Below are positions 17,501 to 27,225 of a stretch of DNA of 64,000 nucleotides, in pieces. The notes beneath the pieces are model-generated. The model searched no databases, was not told the DNA's origin, and was given only the letters and a program-made list of their open reading frames with translations. The position numbers and the translations under genes were made by a program. Position 1 is the stretch's first letter; every line of letters begins with the position of its first letter. Origin of the DNA: a virus; IMG/VR virus record IMGVR_UViG_3300045988_176431, positions 96,001 through 160,000 of that record; one strand, written 5' to 3'.

Positions 17501-18208
17501 ATGAAAAAGACTTTAGTAAAAGTAACTGATTATCTCAATCATTTAAAGAAAGGAGAAATACTAGATAGTGTTCCGAAAATGATTTATGGTCAATTTAAAG
17601 ACTATGACCATGATGCAGATATAGCATTAATAAATGCAAGAGAGTATTACATACATCACTATGGTTTTTCTTTAATCACTAATTCATGGATAGAGCCATT
17701 GGCAAAATTTATTGGTGATGCTAGATGTCTTGAAATTATGGGAGGAACCGGATTTCTTAGTTATGTATTGAGTAAGAAAGGAGTAAATGTTATATGTACT
17801 GATGATTATTCATGGGAAGAATTACCAGATTCAAACGTTGATGGTTGGGTAGGTAATCATTTTTGTGATATAGAAAGGTTAGACGCAGTAAAAGCTGTAG
17901 AAAAATATGGAAAGGAAATTAAGTACTTAATTGTATCATGGGCATATATGGATGATACATTAGTTAGAGTATATAGAAAACTAAAGGAAATAAATCCAGA
18001 ATGCTTAATCATTTACATTGGAGAAAGACAAGGGGGTTGCTGCTCTTGTGATGAATTCTTTGATATTTCTAAGAATTCAATGGATGATATGTATAATTAT
18101 TATGATGATAAAGTATTCAGTAATGAAATTATTGAAATGACAAAAAAGTTAAATGATGGATTTACATCATGGATGTTAGTTGAAGATGTGATATTTTTTG
18201 TAAAGTAA
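17501..18208 (+). CDS. class I SAM-dependent methyltransferase
   Basis: Motif I CLEIMGGTGFLS and an acidic motif II VICTDD. Confidence 0.65.
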   Translation: MKKTLVKVTDYLNHLKKGEILDSVPKMIYGQFKDYDHDADIALINAREYYIHHYGFSLITNSWIEPLAKFIGDARCLEIMGGTGFLSYVLSKKGVNVICTDDYSWEELPDSNVDGWVGNHFCDIERLDAVKAVEKYGKEIKYLIVSWAYMDDTLVRVYRKLKEINPECLIIYIGERQGGCCSCDEFFDISKNSMDDMYNYYDDKVFSNEIIEMTKKLNDGFTSWMLVEDVIFFVK

Positions 18209-18225
18209 AGAAAGGAGATTATATT

Positions 18226-19335
18226 ATGAATCTTAACACAAATCCTGAAAATGCTACTTCTAGTATTAGTGACAATAAACTTCTTAAAGAGCATATTGAT
18301 TCTTTAAAGAAAACTATTGATGATTTGAATTTAAAAATAACATATCCTTTTGAATTCCAAGAATCAATTCGAAAATTCAATGCTGGTGAATCCCGTAAAA
18401 TATTTTCAAAGAATAATTCATCGATGCTGATTGAATCAAATAATTGTCGTGTTGTTTTTCATCTCTATGATGAGAATGTTGGAGTTATTTTGAGATCTGA
18501 TTTATGCTTATACATAAGGATCAATAATGACGATAGTAATGCTAGTGCTTATGAAAAATATATAACAGAAGCTTTTTATGTTTTTAAATCAAGTACGTTG
18601 TGTAATGCAGAATCATTTGTAATGAAAGTAGATAATACTCCATATGAGGAGTATAAAATTATTGGATTTTCATTTTGTGAAAATATATATTATTTAGATA
18701 AAAAACTTTTTTATGAGTTTTTAACATTTGAAAAATCATTATTTGATTTTCCTTATGTATTAAGTGATATTATCGAGCAGGTAGATATATTCGAAAGATT
18801 TGTCAGATCTATTTCTTATGAAAAAAGTCCTGACTATTTACAAAAGATAGGAAAAATACTAAATGTACCATGTGTTAAGTTTGTGAATGATCTTAGAACT
18901 ACTGAAACTATTAAAAAATTACACAAACGTTTTGGATGTATGGTTGATGAATATCTTCCACATTTCAACTCAGAAATTATTAAGAAACCATCAATTATTA
19001 CTGATTCTTCGAATGTAAAAAAATATATTGATGATGTATATTCTGTGATTCATTCAATAGGATATACTGCTGTTGAACTTAAAATTCCGTGTTTAATTTT
19101 TAAACATATTACCAAAGAAATGATTGATCAAATTTACCAGTGTGTTGACGAAGATGCTTCATTAACATATCATACTACTACTCATAAAGGCGAGTTATTT
19201 ATTACTTATGAAAGAATATATCATTCTAAATCTTTAGATAAAGTATGTGCTAGCATTGAAACTGACTTTATAAGAACTGTGAGAGTTTTTCTTGAAAGCC
19301 TGTTATGCACTTTAATAAATAAGGAGGAAGAGTAA
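18226..19335 (+). CDS. hypothetical protein
   Basis: 369-aa ORF with RBS AGAAAGGAG. Confidence 0.65.
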   Translation: MNLNTNPENATSSISDNKLLKEHIDSLKKTIDDLNLKITYPFEFQESIRKFNAGESRKIFSKNNSSMLIESNNCRVVFHLYDENVGVILRSDLCLYIRINNDDSNASAYEKYITEAFYVFKSSTLCNAESFVMKVDNTPYEEYKIIGFSFCENIYYLDKKLFYEFLTFEKSLFDFPYVLSDIIEQVDIFERFVRSISYEKSPDYLQKIGKILNVPCVKFVNDLRTTETIKKLHKRFGCMVDEYLPHFNSEIIKKPSIITDSSNVKKYIDDVYSVIHSIGYTAVELKIPCLIFKHITKEMIDQIYQCVDEDASLTYHTTTHKGELFITYERIYHSKSLDKVCASIETDFIRTVRVFLESLLCTLINKEEE

Positions 19336-20750
19336 TGAGTAAAGAATTAAAAAATAATATTGAAGAAAGAATCCAACGTAAAATTAGTAGACTTATAGAC
19401 TTACATCATGCGTCACCTGAAATTGCAGTTTATCCTGCAAAAAGTGAATTTCCATATATTGATGGACTTAAAATATCTAAAATTCACTTTAATAAACCAA
19501 AAAAACAAGATTTTATTACAGATGAATCCAATTATTCTATAGAATATTATTATGATGGAGTAACTGGTTCTCTTTCTAACATTAAGATTGGATGTGATGG
19601 ATATTTAGTATTTGATGATATTAAGTTATCAATAATATCATCAGAGTTAATTATAAAGTCATTGATTGATACAAATGAAATTTATAAAGATACTCTTACT
19701 ATGGTATGTGAAGATGGATACACATATATAACACCAAAAAATATTACTGTTGATACTAGTATGTATTATCGTTTTATACATGAAGCAGATGATGAAATTA
19801 TTTGTTCTTTAGATGGAATATTACTCAAACATCTGCAGGCAATGGATGCGTTCTTACATACTTACATTAAGTTAGTCAAAGAAAAACGACGAGAAATTGA
19901 TGAAAACTCTGAATTTAATATCGCGAAACAAATGAGAGAGATGTTTTCAGAATATATTAATATACAGAATATTGATATGAAAACCAGTTTATCAAATGTG
20001 AAAGAGCAATTAAGAAAATCATTATTAGATAAAACTTTACCATCCATAGATGGTAAACCAATCATTATGAGTACGGATGAAGTGACACATGTTTCTCCAT
20101 TATTTATTGAGAGATGGAATGATTTATCAAATAAAGAAGAAACAAAAAATAAGGAGGAAAAGAAAATGATAGTAAATAAAATGTATTACGATGCAATAGC
20201 TGATGATGAAAAACGAATTGAAAAGATTGAAAAAGAGATTGAAACCAATTTAGAAAAATTAAAGGAACTTGGTTTTGCAGAAAAGGTCATTTACTCAAAT
20301 GTAGCACTTCAGGAACCTCTTCATGAAGTTTTGAAATTACAAGAAAAACCAAATAGTGAAGAGAATAAATTTGTGAGTTTTATTCCAAATAGTAATGAAT
20401 ATGAATTATATATACTAGAAGATGGTAATTATACGCTTAATGTAAAACCAAAAGGGTCAATTACTTTTATTGGAATTGACTTAAATAAATTGGAAAAAAT
20501 CTTAACGATTGTAAAAAGAATTAATGATCCTTCTCCAAATATGCGATTGACTGTAGATTATACAAGTTTTACTTGTTCTATTATGCCAGCTCCATATGGT
20601 AAGAAATTAACAGAAAAAGAAACTCTTGATATTTTATTTGGAAGAGCCAAGAAAATCAATCGTGAGATTCAGACTGCAATCTTTGATGTCAACGATCTTC
20701 TCTTAGTTACTAAAAGATTATTAGAGGCAGTGACATCAGAAGAAGAGTAA
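19335..20750 (+). CDS. hypothetical protein (with in-frame internal SD+ATG at 20166)
   Basis: 471-aa ORF with RBS AAGGAGGAAGAG. Overlaps the upstream stop by 1 nt. Confidence 0.65.
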   Translation: MSKELKNNIEERIQRKISRLIDLHHASPEIAVYPAKSEFPYIDGLKISKIHFNKPKKQDFITDESNYSIEYYYDGVTGSLSNIKIGCDGYLVFDDIKLSIISSELIIKSLIDTNEIYKDTLTMVCEDGYTYITPKNITVDTSMYYRFIHEADDEIICSLDGILLKHLQAMDAFLHTYIKLVKEKRREIDENSEFNIAKQMREMFSEYINIQNIDMKTSLSNVKEQLRKSLLDKTLPSIDGKPIIMSTDEVTHVSPLFIERWNDLSNKEETKNKEEKKMIVNKMYYDAIADDEKRIEKIEKEIETNLEKLKELGFAEKVIYSNVALQEPLHEVLKLQEKPNSEENKFVSFIPNSNEYELYILEDGNYTLNVKPKGSITFIGIDLNKLEKILTIVKRINDPSPNMRLTVDYTSFTCSIMPAPYGKKLTEKETLDILFGRAKKINREIQTAIFDVNDLLLVTKRLLEAVTSEEE

Positions 20751-20855
20751 TTTAAAGTTAATTAAAATGAGATGATTATCATACGTCTTGTGAAGAATAC
20801 TTCAGAATTAAACAGTAAGTTTTCTTTATGTAATATTATTATGAGACTGAAATAT

Positions 20856-20900
20856 GTGAAGTCAAATATCTATAATTGGATATTTGACTTCACATTATTT
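20856..20900 (+). terminator. rho-independent terminator
   Basis: 15-bp stem GTGAAGTCAAATATC / GATATTTGACTTCAC followed by ATTATTTT. Covers the track's nominal start at 20884. Confidence 0.75.
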
Positions 20901-20937
20901 TAAAATTTTATTTAATAAAAGGAGTGTGATTTTTGTT

Positions 20938-21794
20938 TTGGGTAAACAAATTGTAAGAATCAATCGACTCAGTTGGGATATTTTATTTTATGATGATATG
21001 ATAAATGGTGATGGTTTTATCATATCAGAACCTGCTGAAGTAAAAATCGATCGAGAAAGAAAAAAGTCTCTTTATGGTCCACAATCTCCACTCTATGGTA
21101 CAACGTATTCAGATGAGCAGGCATTTATTGAACGTTATCGTTGTGAGTGTGGAAATTTTAAAGGAAGACAATTTGCAGGGGAAGTATGCCCCATTTGTAA
21201 AACAAAAATTGAAAGTAAAGGAAGTAATGTAAAAACAACAGGATGGATTTGTACCGGAAATGCAAGATTTATTAATCCATTCTTTTATCAGCTTCTTGTA
21301 AAAGCGATTGGAAAGAAAATCTTTCCAGATATTATTGATTGTAAACAACGTGTCGATACAGATGGACACCGAAGTCAATATGTACCAGAAGATACAGAAC
21401 CACTTTCTCCTTATTCTGGATTTGGTATTGAAGAATTCATGAACCAATATGAAAATATTCTTACTTATTTTCAGACAGTAAGAAAACAAAAATACGATGA
21501 TCTTCAATATCTAAAAGAGAACAAATCTAAAGTATTTGCTTCTCATATTCCGATTTATACGACAATGTTACGTCCGCAAAGTGTCACAAGTGATACTTTT
21601 TATTTTAATGGTATTGATCGAGAAATCAATCCTCTCTTTAATCTTTCAGAAAGTATTAAAGATTGTAATCCAATTGAGCGTCCATTTATCTTACAAAGAA
21701 TACAAGAGCGTGTAAACAACATCTTTGAATTTAACTTTGATATGATTAATGGTAAAGAAGGATGGATTCGAGGAAAACTATTAGGTGGCTCGTT
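20938..21794 (+). CDS. multisubunit RNA polymerase beta' N-terminal-half subunit, exon 1
   Basis: Zn ribbon CECGNFKGRQFAGEVCPIC. GKEGWIRGKLLGGS matches GKQGRFRQNLLGKR. Start uncertain (TTG 20938 after AAAGGAG). The tail ..NCGELSLSLNY* is intron read-through. Confidence 0.8.
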
Positions 21795-23085
21795 AGTGCG
21801 TTATAATTTGACGAGCTTTATAAACTCATCTAATTGCGGGGAACTCTCGTTAAGTCTTAACTACTAAACTAAGATGGTAACATACTTAGTGGCAAGGGGT
21901 AACTCCTAAGGTATAGTAAAAAGGTTAAGAATAGAGACAATCGACGCATCGAAGTATCTTAATATTATTATATATTTATAAGAAAGGTGGTGAGATAATG
22001 ACGTCACATATTATAAAATTTAACAACATGGACAGTGATTATGTCATTTATGAAGATTGCACAATTATTAATATAAAAACTAATCATATTATGAAACATC
22101 GAATAAGTAAAAGTACAGGACGAGTGTATGTTCGTTTAACTAATAATAAAAAAAGAAAAGAATATAGATTATCAAGATTAATGGCTACATATTTTGTAGA
22201 AAATCCTGATCCAAAAAATAAAGTTGATGTTCATCATAAAGATAAAAATGTATTAAATAATGTACCAAGTAATTTGCAATGGGTTACAAAAGAAGAACAT
22301 TATTTGATACATAAAGGTGATAAAAATCATCCATTTTCTAGTGGTGAAAATCATAGTGGTGCTATATTAACTAATGATCAAGTACATGAAATATGTAAAT
22401 TGATTCAAGATAACATTATGTCTCAAAATGATATTGCGAGAAAATATAAAGTAATGCCACATGTTATTCATGAGATTCGTTTAAAACATAATTGGAATGA
22501 AATAACAAAATATTACGATTTTTCAAAATATTCGTATGGGAATAATTTTCTAAAAGATGATAAAGTAAAAGAAATTTGTTATCTGATTGAATCAAATAAG
22601 TATACATTGATGGAAATATCAAAAAAATCAAAAGTTACTTATTCTACAATTCTTGATATTTATCATAAAAAACGATATAAAAGACTAAGTGATAATTATG
22701 ATTTTGATAGATTCAATAAGTTAACAAGATATAGCAAAGGACTTAAGAAAAAAATAAATTTTTTAATTAATGAAGGAAAATCAAATAATGAAATTAAAAA
22801 TATATTAAAATTAGATAATTGTGCAAAAACGAATACTCTATTGTGTAGAGAAAGAAAGAAATCAAATCAATAAAAAAATAATATTAAGATATGAGTTCAA
22901 CGACTATCGAAAGTATAGCATAAGAGAAATACTTATGTGAATAAACGAGTAGAGTAGACTAGTATATATTATACTAGGTGCATGAAAATTGATGCTTTAC
23001 GAAACGGTGAGTGTATTATATTTGGTAACAGAATATAATATAATGATATAGTCTAAACTTCTATGGATAACATAGAGAATATTTG
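21795..23085 (+). mobile_element. group I intron with HNH homing endonuclease (beta' intron 1)
   Basis: P1: GCUCGUU (21788-94) pairs with GACGAGC (21810-16), U.G at U21794. 7-bp perfect P10: AAAUUAU (23086-92) pairs with AUAAUUU (21803-09). Omega-G at 23085. Same core as the other introns. Confidence 0.85.
21998..22873 (+). CDS. HNH homing endonuclease (intron-encoded)
   Basis: RLSRLMA..VHHKDKN..NLQWVTKEEHYLIH, with two HTH-like C-terminal repeats. RBS AAAGGTGGTG. Confidence 0.85.
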   Translation: MTSHIIKFNNMDSDYVIYEDCTIINIKTNHIMKHRISKSTGRVYVRLTNNKKRKEYRLSRLMATYFVENPDPKNKVDVHHKDKNVLNNVPSNLQWVTKEEHYLIHKGDKNHPFSSGENHSGAILTNDQVHEICKLIQDNIMSQNDIARKYKVMPHVIHEIRLKHNWNEITKYYDFSKYSYGNNFLKDDKVKEICYLIESNKYTLMEISKKSKVTYSTILDIYHKKRYKRLSDNYDFDRFNKLTRYSKGLKKKINFLINEGKSNNEIKNILKLDNCAKTNTLLCRERKKSNQ

Positions 23086-23343
23086 AAATTATACGGCTCG
23101 TAACGTAATTATTCCAGATCCATCTTTACATGATGGGGAAATTGATGTATCTTATCATACATTTAGAATCTTATTTAAATATAAGATTATTTATTATATG
23201 ATGAAGATTAACGACATACAGTTATCAAAAGCATATCATAAATGGAAGAATAGTTATAAGTTTAATCAACACATTTATGAAATTATGTTGTACATCTTAA
23301 AGAAAGAAAAACCAAGAATATTAATCAATCGAAATCCGACACT
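23086..23343 (+). CDS. RNA polymerase beta' N-half, exon 2
   Basis: L-NYTARNVIIPDPSLH.. matches YSGRSVIVVGPxL. Ends ..ILINRNPT(L), matching LLNRAPTL. Confidence 0.8.
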
Positions 23344-24479
23344 AATAGAAGTTTGGTGTCATTAAACTCTTCTAATTGCGGGGAACTCTCGTTAAGTCTT
23401 AACTACTAAACTAAGATGGTAACATACTTAGTGGCAAAGGGTAACTCCTAAGGTATAGTAAAAATGTTAAGAATAGAGACAATCGACGCAGCGAAGTATC
23501 TTCAATATATAAAAATACTATAGTAATTGAGAGGTGATAAATATTGCCAAAGAAAAGAAAGAAATTAAGTGAATTTCTTTTATCATATTATAAATTAATA
23601 GAAGAAAGTGATGAAAAAGAATTATGGAAAGATATTAATTTAGGAGACTTCCCAATATACCAAATAAGTAATCATGGTAGAGTTCGAAGGAAAGATAGTA
23701 AATTCATAATTAATCCTTTTCATTCTTATCGAAAAGATAATAATGGTAACTTTAGATATGATAGACCAACTTATCTCAGAGTTCAATTATATTATTACAC
23801 TAATGGGGTAAGAATGAAAAAACATATGGAAATAAGTAGGCTTGTTGCAATAAATTTTATACCTATACCAAAAATATATACTGATAAGGGATTAGATGAG
23901 AATTCTTTAGAAGTAAATCATATAAAAGGTGGTTATGAAATTTACAATAATTTTGTATCAAATTTAGAATTGTGTACAACAAAAGAAAATGTAAAAAAAT
24001 CAATTGAAACAGGTTTGAGACATTCACCGTATGGAGAGAATCATCATAATACATTTTTTACAGAATATGATGTGATGCAAATATGTGAATGTATTGAAAA
24101 AGGTTTTAATGCAAAGTATACTTATTATAATATTGATTTATCTGATAAATCAATAACATATGATCATTTTAAACAAAATTTTTATAGTATAAAATATAAG
24201 AAATCTTGGAAATTTATAAGTCAAAATTATAATTTTTAATTTATTGAAGATATGAGTTCATCGACTAGGGAAAGCTAGACAACCATATTGATAGAAATAT
24301 CTAAAAGGACTCCACATCCTGATGGTTTGATAAGCGAGTAGGTCCAATCATAGGACGAAATGTAGGTGAGTATATATAATATATACAAAAATCCGAAATG
24401 GAGAGCAATGATATATTTGGTAACAGAATATATTAATGAAGATATAGTCAAACTGTATAGAGATATACTAGATTTATTG
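23344..24479 (+). mobile_element. group I intron with HNH homing endonuclease (beta' intron 2)
   Basis: P1: GACACU (23338-43) pairs with GGUGUC (23355-60), U.G at U23343. P10: GAAUUUC (24480-86) pairs with GAAGUUU (23348-54). P9 GNRA hairpin GTATA-GAGA-TATAC. Omega-G at 24479. Confidence 0.8.
23544..24239 (+). CDS. HNH homing endonuclease (intron-encoded)
   Basis: WKDI..YQISNHGRVRR N-terminal motif; ISRLVA..VNHIKGG..NLELCTTKEN. TTG start after GAGAGGTG. Confidence 0.8.
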   Translation: MPKKRKKLSEFLLSYYKLIEESDEKELWKDINLGDFPIYQISNHGRVRRKDSKFIINPFHSYRKDNNGNFRYDRPTYLRVQLYYYTNGVRMKKHMEISRLVAINFIPIPKIYTDKGLDENSLEVNHIKGGYEIYNNFVSNLELCTTKENVKKSIETGLRHSPYGENHHNTFFTEYDVMQICECIEKGFNAKYTYYNIDLSDKSITYDHFKQNFYSIKYKKSWKFISQNYNF

Positions 24480-24762
24480 GAATTTCTATTCATTACTTTT
24501 AATGAAAATAAGAAATGTAAAAAAGGATGATACAGATTTTACATTATCGGTTCCACTTGCGATTTTACCGGGATTAAATGCCGATTTCGATGGAGATGTT
24601 CTTAATATGCTTGGTATGATGAATGAAGAATTCGTGAGAATGTTCAGAAAGTTTGACCCAATTAAGCGAATGATTATTTCAAGAGATACCGGACTTATCA
24701 ATAATTATTTTACAATTGAAAAGTCACAATTGATTGATTTATATCATTTTGCTACAGTATAG
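24480..24762 (+). CDS. RNA polymerase beta' N-half, exon 3 (catalytic loop)
   Basis: ..LPGLNADFDGDVLNML contains the universal NADFDGD Mg-binding motif. The gene ends about 40 aa later, consistent with a split beta'. Confidence 0.85.
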
Positions 24763-24785
24763 AAACTATATCAGTAATTTCCTTT

Positions 24786-24794
24786 ATATATTAT
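24786..24794 (+). promoter_or_regulatory. putative promoter core (ATATATTAT)
   Basis: Intergenic, 106 nt upstream of ATG 24900. Confidence 0.35.
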
Positions 24795-24899
24795 CTTTTA
24801 GAATAATTATATGAAAGGAGGTTACTGATATATTCATTACATAAAGATTCACATAGCATTTAGTAATGTATAATAATGAAGAAGAAAGGATGAATTAAT

Positions 24900-25637
24900 A
24901 TGAGTAAGAAATATGAATTGACAGATGAAACTATGGAATTTGATGGTCACACTCTACATAGAATTAGAGCGTTGAAGAGTTTTTCTGATGTAATGAAAGG
25001 TGATCTTGGAGGATGGGTAGAATCTGAAGAAAACCTGTGGCAATCAGAGAATTGTTGGGTTTATGATAACGCAAAAGTATATGATGAGGCAAACGTGGAA
25101 ATAGATGCTGTTGTACGAAATGAAGCATGTGTTTGTAATAAGGCAAGAGTTACAGATTCAAAGGTTATGGATAAAGCATTTGTTTCAGGTCTTCTCGATG
25201 TTGACCGTAATGCAATTATTAAAGGTTCAGCAAAAGTTACTGGTGTTGGACCAATTCACAAAGCCGTTATTAAAGATAACGCAGTTATCAGAGGATCCAT
25301 ATTCATCGATGGACAAATTACAATTGGAGATAATGCGATAATTGATTCATCAAAGATAGTATATTTAGAGCATTATTATGAAATTGGAAAAGATGCTTAC
25401 ATCCAAGATAATTCTGATATAATCGAAATATCAATGATGGATGATCATCAAGATTTTTATACATTTTATCGTACAAAAAATAAAGAAACAGTTAATGTGA
25501 TATCTAACGTTTATTCTGGTTCATTATCTGATTTTGAAAACAAAATGAAATTGGAAGATAAAAAGATACCAGATAAAGTAAAATCAATGTTAGATATGGT
25601 AAAAGGATATTTTGAATTACACAAATTATCTGATTAA
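24900..25637 (+). CDS. beta-solenoid (hexapeptide-like repeat) protein, paralog family member 1
   Basis: N-terminus MSKKYELTDET..RIRALK..GDLGGWVESEENL..CWVYDNAKV, followed by 6-residue periodic N/D-A-x-V/I repeats. Confidence 0.7.
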   Translation: MSKKYELTDETMEFDGHTLHRIRALKSFSDVMKGDLGGWVESEENLWQSENCWVYDNAKVYDEANVEIDAVVRNEACVCNKARVTDSKVMDKAFVSGLLDVDRNAIIKGSAKVTGVGPIHKAVIKDNAVIRGSIFIDGQITIGDNAIIDSSKIVYLEHYYEIGKDAYIQDNSDIIEISMMDDHQDFYTFYRTKNKETVNVISNVYSGSLSDFENKMKLEDKKIPDKVKSMLDMVKGYFELHKLSD

Positions 25638-25651
25638 AATATAGGTTTATT

Positions 25652-25684
25652 AGGGGTATTATTATAATACCCCTTTATTTTTTA
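25652..25684 (+). terminator. rho-independent terminator
   Basis: Stem AGGGGTATTA / TAATACCCCT followed by a T-run. Confidence 0.7.
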
Positions 25685-25920
25685 TAAGGAGTTGATATTT
25701 CATGTTAATTAAAAAGATAACATTACGACTTTTTCATCCTCATAAACCAAAAAGAAATCTAACGAACCTGAACTAATTGATATTACTTTTAAAGCAAAAC
25801 CATTCTATTCAAAAGATCTTGAGGAAAAAGCAGATATTTTAGATAAAAGATTTAATGGTTTTATGGATTATTCATCATCTTTAAAGAAAAATAATAATGA
25901 AGAAGAAAGGATGAATTAAT

Positions 25921-26689
25921 ATGAGTAAGAAATATGAATTGACAGAAGAAACAATTGAAACAGATGATGGTATTACTTTATATCAAATCAAAGCATTAAA
26001 AGACTTTAATTATGTATATAAAGGGTGACCTTGGAGGTTATGTTGAAAGTGAAGATAATCTTTCCCAGATGGGTGATTGTTGGATTTATGATAATTCAAA
26101 AGTATTTGGTAGAGCATGTGTATATGAAAATGCAAAAGTATCTGGAAGTTCTATTATAAATGATCAAGCACATATAGAAGGGAATGCTCAGGTAATGGAA
26201 TCATCTAAAATCAGAGGTTTCTGTTCAGTAATAAAGGATAATGCTATTATTCGAGACAAATCAATTATTGATAATTCATGTATAGGAGATAATGCCGTTA
26301 TAAAAAAATCTAAATTAGAATGGTCATCTGTTTATTATGATTCTGTAATTAAAGATGTTGCGTTATTATTTAATGCTAATATAAAATGGGATGGATATAT
26401 TACAAAAGATGAGGATTGTGTTACAATTTCTGGTCTTAGAGTTCCTAATTACAATGATTCATCACTTAGACATCCACATTACACTGATGATATTACTTTT
26501 TATAGAAAAAAGTATAATCAAGTTGGTGTAGTTATTCATCATGGAACTTGTTATAATACTTTGAAAGAATTTGATAAAGTGATTAAAGAGAATCATGAAA
26601 AAGGAAACTACACTTATGATCAGGCATTTCCTTTTATTATAGAAGCAATGAAACGACATTTTTATCCTTATAATTATTGCAGAAAGTGA
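25921..26689 (+). pseudogene. beta-solenoid paralog 2, frameshifted
   Basis: ATG 25921 gives MSKKYELTEET..ALKDFNYVYKG*, stopping at 26026-28. The rest (GDLGGYVESEDNL..) continues in another frame. An extra G in AAAGGGTGAC versus the expected AAAGGTGAC explains the shift. Confidence 0.7.
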
Positions 26690-26699
26690 GGTTGAAAAT

Positions 26700-26942
26700 A
26701 TGACTGTAAAAGCATGTGTATTTATCATAATATTTTTCTTGATTTTATTAGGTATTACTCTTTTATGGGTATTTAATATAGCATTTAAAATGATTCGTGA
26801 TTCTTATAAAGAATCAAAAGAATTAGAAAAAATGAGTTTAGAAGAGTATGCTAAACGAAGATCAGAAAGAACTAGTAAAGTAAGTGATTTAAATGAATGT
26901 GTTAAGCAAGCAGTAAAAAAAAGTAAGGGAGGGGTTAAATGA
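26700..26942 (+). CDS. small membrane protein
   Basis: 80 aa with one N-terminal TM segment. RBS GTGAGG. Confidence 0.6.
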   Translation: MTVKACVFIIIFFLILLGITLLWVFNIAFKMIRDSYKESKELEKMSLEEYAKRRSERTSKVSDLNECVKQAVKKSKGGVK

Positions 26943-27220
26943 ATTTGGATTTATTATTGATTATTATAATGATATTGGATGTCATTATAATAGTGGGATT
27001 ATATGTGGCATTATATGTAGTTTATGTAATATTAGGTTTGAAACACGATAATTCGATTAATAAAAATCGTAAAATAGAGTCTTTAGAAGAAGAAATATTA
27101 AAAAATACTGAAAAATATAATATTGGAAAAGTGCGTTATATTATAACAGAACCTAATGGTGATGTGATAGAAACAGTTGAGATACCAAAAGAATCGAACA
27201 ATGACAAAAAAAGGAAATAA
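26939..27220 (+). CDS. small membrane protein
   Basis: 93 aa with an N-terminal TM segment. ATGA overlap with the upstream gene. RBS AAGGGAGGGG. Confidence 0.6.
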   Translation: MNLDLLLIIIMILDVIIIVGLYVALYVVYVILGLKHDNSINKNRKIESLEEEILKNTEKYNIGKVRYIITEPNGDVIETVEIPKESNNDKKRK

Positions 27221-27225
27221 CCAAT

